From: Sulfurihydrogenibium sp.
Lineage (GTDB): Bacteria; Aquificota; Aquificia; Aquificales; Hydrogenothermaceae
Assembly: GCA_037442825.1 (NCBI GenBank)
Contig: JBBIPN010000039.1
Coordinates: forward strand, 1-12,337
DNA: 12,337 bases
Reading direction: 5' to 3'
Shown in pieces: positions 1 through 5,012 of the stretch. The notes beneath the pieces were generated by a model, which searched no databases, had not been told where the DNA came from, and saw nothing but the letters and a program-made list of their open reading frames with translations. The translations under genes were made by a program, and so were the position numbers. Positions within the stretch are counted from its first letter, which is position 1. Each line of letters begins with the position of its first letter.

Positions 1-531
1 TCCTATTTTTACATCAATATTATACCTAAACAATTTAGGAAATTTTGATTTAACAGGTAGTACTTTATCTGTTCCTTCTATTAAAACAGGAATTACAGGT
101 ACTTTTGCTTTTTCGATGAGGTAGCCTATTCCTAATTGAGGTTTTCTAAACTCCCCTGGTTTTGCTCTTGTACCTTCTGGGAAAATACCTAAAACATAAC
201 CTTTTTTTAATAGATTTATAGCTGCTTTAATAGTAGATATATCACTTTTGTCTCTTTTAACAGGTATTGCACCTGATTTTTTTATAATAAAACTTAAGAT
301 AGGTATATCAAAAAGTTCTTTTTTTGCTAGAAAGATTATTGGTCTTGGGGAAATAATGTTTAAAACTGGAGGGTCAAGGTGGCTCCTATGATTTGCCGCT
401 ATTATACAACCACCTGACAACGGTATATTTTCAACACCTATAACGTTTATTCTAAGAAACTTTTTAAATATAGGTCTAATTTTAAAAAATATTTTATAAC
501 CAATTTCAGAATAAGGAAGAATTTCCTTCAA
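1..531 (-). CDS. plsC: 1-acyl-sn-glycerol-3-phosphate acyltransferase (PlsC family); 5' part only, runs off the left edge; missing from the ORF track
   Basis: Manual translation from TTG at 531-529: MKEILPYSEIGYKIFFKIRPIFKKFLRINVIGVENIPLSGGCIIAANHRSHLDPPVL...IIFLAKKELF...GIFPEGTRAK. It has the acyltransferase NHxxxxD and FPEGTR motifs. SD AGGAG (538-542) lies 6 nt upstream. Confidence 0.93.
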   Translation of the reverse strand, partial: MKEILPYSEIGYKIFFKIRPIFKKFLRINVIGVENIPLSGGCIIAANHRSHLDPPVLNIISPRPIIFLAKKELFDIPILSFIIKKSGAIPVKRDKSDISTIKAAINLLKKGYVLGIFPEGTRAKPGEFRKPQLGIGYLIEKAKVPVIPVLIEGTDKVLPVKSKFPKLFRYNIDVKIG

Positions 532-537
532 AAGTTT

Positions 538-552
538 CTCCTAATATAGGAG
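538..552 (-). promoter_or_regulatory. Hairpin pairing an anti-SD with the plsC Shine-Dalgarno
   Basis: mRNA reads UAA-cua-CUCCUA-uau-UAGGAG-aaacuu-UUG: a perfect 6-bp stem with a 3-nt loop that contains the SD. Function is inferred. Confidence 0.5.
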
Positions 553-555
553 TAG

Positions 556-1104
556 TTATAGCCAACCTCTCCTTTTTAAAGCATCTTCGTAAATTCTACC
601 GTATAAAATTCTCCACTCTGGAGTACCTTCTACAATTTTCCTTGAATAAGACTTTATCCTCTGTCTTACTTCTTTATCTATCTCTCTTTCTTCTTTAAGC
701 AACCTTTTAAGCATATCTAAAACTACTTTTCTTATTTTATTTGGATGTTCAAAAATTTCAACAGAGTCTTCTGTTTCTATATATCTTTTAATCTTGTTAG
801 CAATTTGATTTAATCTTTCTTCTGGTTCAAGATGTATATTTCTCTCTTCTGCTAACTTTTCTTTTACTCTTAAAACAGCTGTTCTATATCTTATATCTTC
901 ATGTTCAAACTTTTTTATATGTTGTTCTACAAGTCTTTCTGCTTCTTCTTCTAATGCTTTCTCTTCTTCAATAGATTTTAGCAATATATCATATATATCT
1001 TGTCTAAATTTTTTCTCGTCTTCTGCTTCAACAAAATGTTCTTGTATAAGTTTGCCTGATATATTGTCTGCAATAATTTCCACCAGCTTTGCTGGTAGTT
1101 TCAT
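556..1104 (-). CDS. DUF507 family protein (two tandem ~90-aa helical repeats)
   Basis: 182 aa with SD AGGAGG upstream. The MKL..IA..I..L start and the C-terminal IKSYSRKIVEGTPEW..LY..YE..LKRRG match my recollection of DUF507. The two halves are visibly similar. Confidence 0.8.
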   Translation of the reverse strand: MKLPAKLVEIIADNISGKLIQEHFVEAEDEKKFRQDIYDILLKSIEEEKALEEEAERLVEQHIKKFEHEDIRYRTAVLRVKEKLAEERNIHLEPEERLNQIANKIKRYIETEDSVEIFEHPNKIRKVVLDMLKRLLKEEREIDKEVRQRIKSYSRKIVEGTPEWRILYGRIYEDALKRRGWL

Positions 1105-1134
1105 AAACTTCCTCCTAATCTAAGATAGTTTAAA

Positions 1135-1163
1135 ATTATATCATTCTAATTTTTTTTATGCAA
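1135..1163 (-). promoter_or_regulatory. Sigma70-type promoter for the DUF507-plsC operon
   Basis: Minus strand: TTGCAT (1163-1158), 17-nt spacer, TATAAT (1140-1135), preceded by TGA, giving an extended -10 TGnTATAAT. Confidence 0.7.
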
Positions 1164-1164
1164 A

Positions 1165-2958
1165 TTAAATAATCATCAACATAACAGACTCTAAATCATA
1201 TATATCATTCTCTAATTTTTCCAAGTTTTTAAAGTTAGTATTTTCAAAGAGAGAGATATACATATCTTTTGCTTGATCTAACATAAACTTATAAGCGTTA
1301 TTATTTACTGTAATTAAAGGAGCATCTATTTTATTTTCTTTTATAATATGGAAAAGTTGAACTTTTTGTTTATCATAATCGATAAAACTATAGTAAGAGT
1401 ATTCGGAAATAATAATACCTTCAAAATTTTTCCATAGCTTATAAAACTCCCTATATAAAATTGGTGATAAATTTTCTAAATTTTTGAAAATAATAATATC
1501 AAAACCAGCTAAGTTTTCTACTAATAAACTATCTGGATTTTGTATATCTTCCGCTGGAATTAATATATAAGATTTATTGTGTAGTCCAATTTCTAAATCA
1601 TTTAAAAGATATTCTAAAAGTAAGCCAAAAAATTCACTATCCTGTGTTCTTACAGCTAATCTATTTGTCTTCCCTTTCCCAAGCTTTTTAAATTCTTCAA
1701 TTAAATCTACAAAATCTTTATTATCTGGAAATGTCTTTCTACAGTTTATACTATAGTTTACAGGCGAAGGTGTCCTTAGATAAGGTTTTATTTTTAAAGC
1801 TGTTAAAACTTTATTTATATAAAAAACAATTTCATTTAAAAATTCCGAAATTTCATTTATATCAATACCAAATCTACTTAATCTGTTATAAAGAATATAA
1901 CTACTTTTTTTATCATTGTAAACTAAAAAATTTACAGCTAAAAATACAAGATAATACAAATAAGCTCTTTTTAGATTTCTGTTGGATAAGTTTAAGGATC
2001 CTGCCTTTAATTTTAACATCGGATTTAATGTTTGAAAAGCTATTTTATAACTATCATAAACATCTGATAATACTTTTAACTTTTTACTTATATAAATTTC
2101 ATTTAAAGATATAAAATCATCACCGAATGTAGATTTTTCATATATTCTTAATGGATAAGAGTAAAACTTTACACTGTTTTTAAGTAGATTTTTATAATTT
2201 GTATCCTTCTCTATAAAAATATTTACTATTGATGCAACTGTTTCAAGAAGCAGCAAAAGAATACCGGCTTTTCTTTTTGGTTGAAATGGTATAAAAGGAG
2301 CAAATTTTTTGTATGTTTGTATTTTTGTTAAACTAAATTGATTATGATTTTCAAATGTTTCAATAGGATTTTTATAGTTTGTTATATATAAATCAAAGTA
2401 TTGATAAGTAAAATTTTTAATTTTATCCATTCCTAAGTGAGAAATAGCTGTTGTTAAATCTTTTATCTCTTCCACAACATTTTCTGAAGCTTTATTTGCT
2501 TCTTCTATTATTTTACTTTTGAGTGGTTTTATTTTATCAACAATTAAAGATAAACTTTCTGCATCAGCATTTGGATCATCAACTTCAGATAGTAAATTTA
2601 TAAGATTTATAAAGTCAATAGGAAACTTTACATTGTCAAAATCTCTATCACTTATTGTGATTTTCTTACTAGGTTTCATATTCTTTATATATTTAGTATT
2701 ATCTTTTATAAAACCGATATCTTCAAATTCTTCTTTAAACACCAAATCTATTTTTCTATCTGTTATCTCTAAAACATAACATCTATAACTTTTATTATTT
2801 ATTTTTATCGGAACAATCAATCCTTCCTGTATAAGATTTGTCTTTTTTTCTGTTTTTATTCTAAGTAAAGATTTAGAAATAAATTCTATATCTCCAAACT
2901 CTTCTACTTTTATAGGTTTACTTAGATAGTATCTATCCCATCTATTATCAAATTCCAT
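1165..2958 (-). CDS. HDOD domain-containing protein with a degenerate PilZ-like N-terminus and a degenerate AAA+-like C-terminus
   Basis: The segment LLSEVDDPNADAESLSLIVDKIKPLKSKIIEEANKA...IKDLTTAISHLGMDKIKN follows the HDOD pattern. Start is placed at ATG 2958 because GAGGTG (2965-2970) fits as its SD, 6 nt upstream; the ORF track starts at GTG 2967. Confidence 0.7.
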   Translation of the reverse strand: MEFDNRWDRYYLSKPIKVEEFGDIEFISKSLLRIKTEKKTNLIQEGLIVPIKINNKSYRCYVLEITDRKIDLVFKEEFEDIGFIKDNTKYIKNMKPSKKITISDRDFDNVKFPIDFINLINLLSEVDDPNADAESLSLIVDKIKPLKSKIIEEANKASENVVEEIKDLTTAISHLGMDKIKNFTYQYFDLYITNYKNPIETFENHNQFSLTKIQTYKKFAPFIPFQPKRKAGILLLLLETVASIVNIFIEKDTNYKNLLKNSVKFYSYPLRIYEKSTFGDDFISLNEIYISKKLKVLSDVYDSYKIAFQTLNPMLKLKAGSLNLSNRNLKRAYLYYLVFLAVNFLVYNDKKSSYILYNRLSRFGIDINEISEFLNEIVFYINKVLTALKIKPYLRTPSPVNYSINCRKTFPDNKDFVDLIEEFKKLGKGKTNRLAVRTQDSEFFGLLLEYLLNDLEIGLHNKSYILIPAEDIQNPDSLLVENLAGFDIIIFKNLENLSPILYREFYKLWKNFEGIIISEYSYYSFIDYDKQKVQLFHIIKENKIDAPLITVNNNAYKFMLDQAKDMYISLFENTNFKNLEKLENDIYDLESVMLMII

Positions 2959-3031
2959 TATTTTCACCTCTTTTTTATTTTTATTGACAATATATATTTT
3001 ATACTATCAAAAATTTTAAAAGAGGTTTATT

Positions 3032-4054
3032 ATGAAAGCATTAGCTTTGATGTTTGAAAAAAGAAAAGATAATAAAGTATTGTGTAAAGCTTGCAATCAA
3101 AGATGTGTATTATCAGAAGGTGAGTATGGGAAATGTGGTATTAGAAAAAATGAAGGTGGTGAACTTTATCTTACCGTTTATGGTCTTGCAGCAGCTTACA
3201 ATATAGATCCTATTGAGAAAAAACCATTATTTCACTTCTTACCTGGAACAGAAATACTATCTGTTGGTACTGTAGGATGTAATTTTAGTTGTAAATTTTG
3301 CCAAAATTTTGAGATATCTCAGTATCCTCAAGAACATAACTATAGAGTTTTTGGAGATACTTTAATGCCTGAGACAATAGTAAATATAGCAAAGACAAGA
3401 AAAATTCCATCTATAGCTTTTACTTATAATGAACCTGTTGTAGTTTTTGAATATGCTTATGATACTTTTAAACTTGCTAAAGAAAATAACATAAAAACTG
3501 TTTTTGTAAGCAGCGGTTATGAAACAAAAGAAGCTATAGATACTATAAAACCTTACTTAGATGCTGCAAACATAGATTTAAAAGCTTTTACAGATAGATT
3601 TTATAGAGAAATCTGTGGTGCAAGATTAAAACCTGTTTTAGATGCTATAGAGTATAGCTATAAAAAAGGTATATGGGTAGAGATAACAACGTTACTAATT
3701 CCTGGTGAAAATGATAGTGATGAAGAGATAAGAGACATAGCAAAATTTATTGCATCGATAGATAAAAACATACCTTGGCATATATCAAGATTTTATCCAA
3801 TGTATAAAATGCTTGACAAGCCACCTACTCCAATAGATAGATTAAAAAGAGCTTATGAGATAGGAAAGGAAGAAGGTTTAAACTATGTATACGTTGGAAA
3901 TGTTATTGATGACGATAGGGAATCTACATACTGTCCAAAATGTAACTATAAGGTTATTGAAAGAACAGGATATGTAGGACAGTATGTAAAAAACCATATT
4001 ATAGATGGTAAATGTCCAAAATGTAATATAGAAATAGCAGGAGTTTGGAAGTAG
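3032..4054 (+). CDS. amrS: AmmeMemoRadiSam system radical SAM enzyme (PFL-activase-like)
   Basis: Radical SAM CxxxCxxC (GCNFSCKFCQN), the family signature DPIEKKPLFHFLPG, N-terminal CKACNQRC...C, FTYNEP, and a C-terminal CPKC...CPKC. SD GAGGT upstream. Confidence 0.88.
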   Translation: MKALALMFEKRKDNKVLCKACNQRCVLSEGEYGKCGIRKNEGGELYLTVYGLAAAYNIDPIEKKPLFHFLPGTEILSVGTVGCNFSCKFCQNFEISQYPQEHNYRVFGDTLMPETIVNIAKTRKIPSIAFTYNEPVVVFEYAYDTFKLAKENNIKTVFVSSGYETKEAIDTIKPYLDAANIDLKAFTDRFYREICGARLKPVLDAIEYSYKKGIWVEITTLLIPGENDSDEEIRDIAKFIASIDKNIPWHISRFYPMYKMLDKPPTPIDRLKRAYEIGKEEGLNYVYVGNVIDDDRESTYCPKCNYKVIERTGYVGQYVKNHIIDGKCPKCNIEIAGVWK

Positions 4055-4055
4055 A

Positions 4056-4913
4056 TCATTTAATTATAATATTTAATATTTTTCCCTGAATAAATATAGT
4101 TTTTACTACTTCTTTACCTTCTACCCATTTTCTTACATTTTCATTTTCTAAAGCTATTTTTATTACTTCTTGTTGTGTAGCATCAGTAGGTACATTTATA
4201 GTAGCCCTAACTTTACCGTTTATCTGAACAGGGATTTCTTTTTCTTTTTCTATCAGTAAACTTTCATCATAGTTTGGATAAGGATAGTTTATCGTATAAC
4301 CTTCTTTTCCTAACTGTTTCCATAGATAATCTGCTAAAAATGGAGTAAATGGAGAGATTAGCAATATAAAATTTTCAAAAACTTCTCTTAAAACATGAGG
4401 ATTTTTAGATCTATAATCGTACAGATAGTTTAATAGCTCCATCATAGAAGCTATTGCTGTGTTAAACTGAAAATTCTTTTCAATATCAGATCTAACTTTT
4501 TTTATTGTGTAATGTAATTTTTTCCTTACATTTACATCTTCTTCATTTAAATTTTTAAAATTCTCTTCAGAAATTGATATATCTTTTACTAAATCAATAT
4601 GATCTGTTATATAATTGAAAAATCTTTTTATAAATCTATGAGCTCCTTCAATACCACTTTCAGTCCAATCAAAGTTGTTTTCAGGCGGTGCTGCAAATAA
4701 GGTGTACAGTCTTACAGTATCTGCACCATACTTTTTTATCATCTCATCAGGGTCAACTGTGTTATATTTTGATTTTGACATTTTATCTGATTTTCCATAA
4801 ATTTCTTCTAATTTTGTAAGCATATTTAAATCAATTCTTAATCTTTCAAATAAAAGTTTTACGTTATCATTTAAATTAAGATGATTATTAGCTAAAAACT
4901 CTTTTAAAACCAT
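4056..4913 (-). CDS. leuS: Leucyl-tRNA synthetase beta subunit (C-terminal part of a split alpha/beta LeuRS)
   Basis: 285 aa with KMSKS near residue 45, YGADTVRLYTLFAAPP, FNTAIASMMELLN, PFTPF and VQINGKVR. There is no HIGH or CP1 region. It has its own SD (AAGGAG 4924-4929) and promoter. Confidence 0.92.
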   Translation of the reverse strand: MVLKEFLANNHLNLNDNVKLLFERLRIDLNMLTKLEEIYGKSDKMSKSKYNTVDPDEMIKKYGADTVRLYTLFAAPPENNFDWTESGIEGAHRFIKRFFNYITDHIDLVKDISISEENFKNLNEEDVNVRKKLHYTIKKVRSDIEKNFQFNTAIASMMELLNYLYDYRSKNPHVLREVFENFILLISPFTPFLADYLWKQLGKEGYTINYPYPNYDESLLIEKEKEIPVQINGKVRATINVPTDATQQEVIKIALENENVRKWVEGKEVVKTIFIQGKILNIIIK

Positions 4914-4954
4914 TTCATCAATACTCCTTGGAAAATTTTATTGAAATTAAATAA

Positions 4955-4963
4955 ATTATAACA
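4955..4963 (-). promoter_or_regulatory. Extended -10 promoter for leuS-beta
   Basis: Minus strand TGTTATAAT, with TTGTAT 18 nt upstream of the -10 hexamer (4984-4979). Confidence 0.6.
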
Positions 4964-4971
4964 TTTAGGAA

Positions 4972-4980
4972 TGCTATAAT
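4972..4980 (+). promoter_or_regulatory. Extended -10 promoter for glnD
   Basis: TGCTATAAT ending 32 nt before the glnD ATG, followed by SD GAGGT. Confidence 0.6.
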
Positions 4981-5012
4981 ACAATAATACTTTATAGGTA
5001 AGAGGTTTTAAG

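Noticed and set aside
1082..1096. Hairpin ACCAGC-ttt-GCTGGT just inside the DUF507 start
   Set aside because: A short stem in coding sequence (LPAKLV) with no U tail; it could easily be chance.
1731..2114. 127-aa plus-strand ORF
   Set aside because: Antisense shadow of the HDOD gene; Leu/Tyr/Lys-rich with no motif or SD.
2519..2779. 86-aa plus-strand ORF
   Set aside because: Antisense shadow of the HDOD gene with the Ser/Phe/Ile bias typical of reverse-frame reads.
2959..2967. GTG start given by the ORF track for the HDOD gene
   Set aside because: The GTG is part of GAGGTG, which fits better as the SD for ATG 2958.
3032..4054. Calling the radical SAM gene pflA or a viperin-like defence enzyme
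   Set aside because: The DPIEKKPL signature and the extra Cys clusters fit AmrS, and no glycyl-radical enzyme or defence context is nearby.
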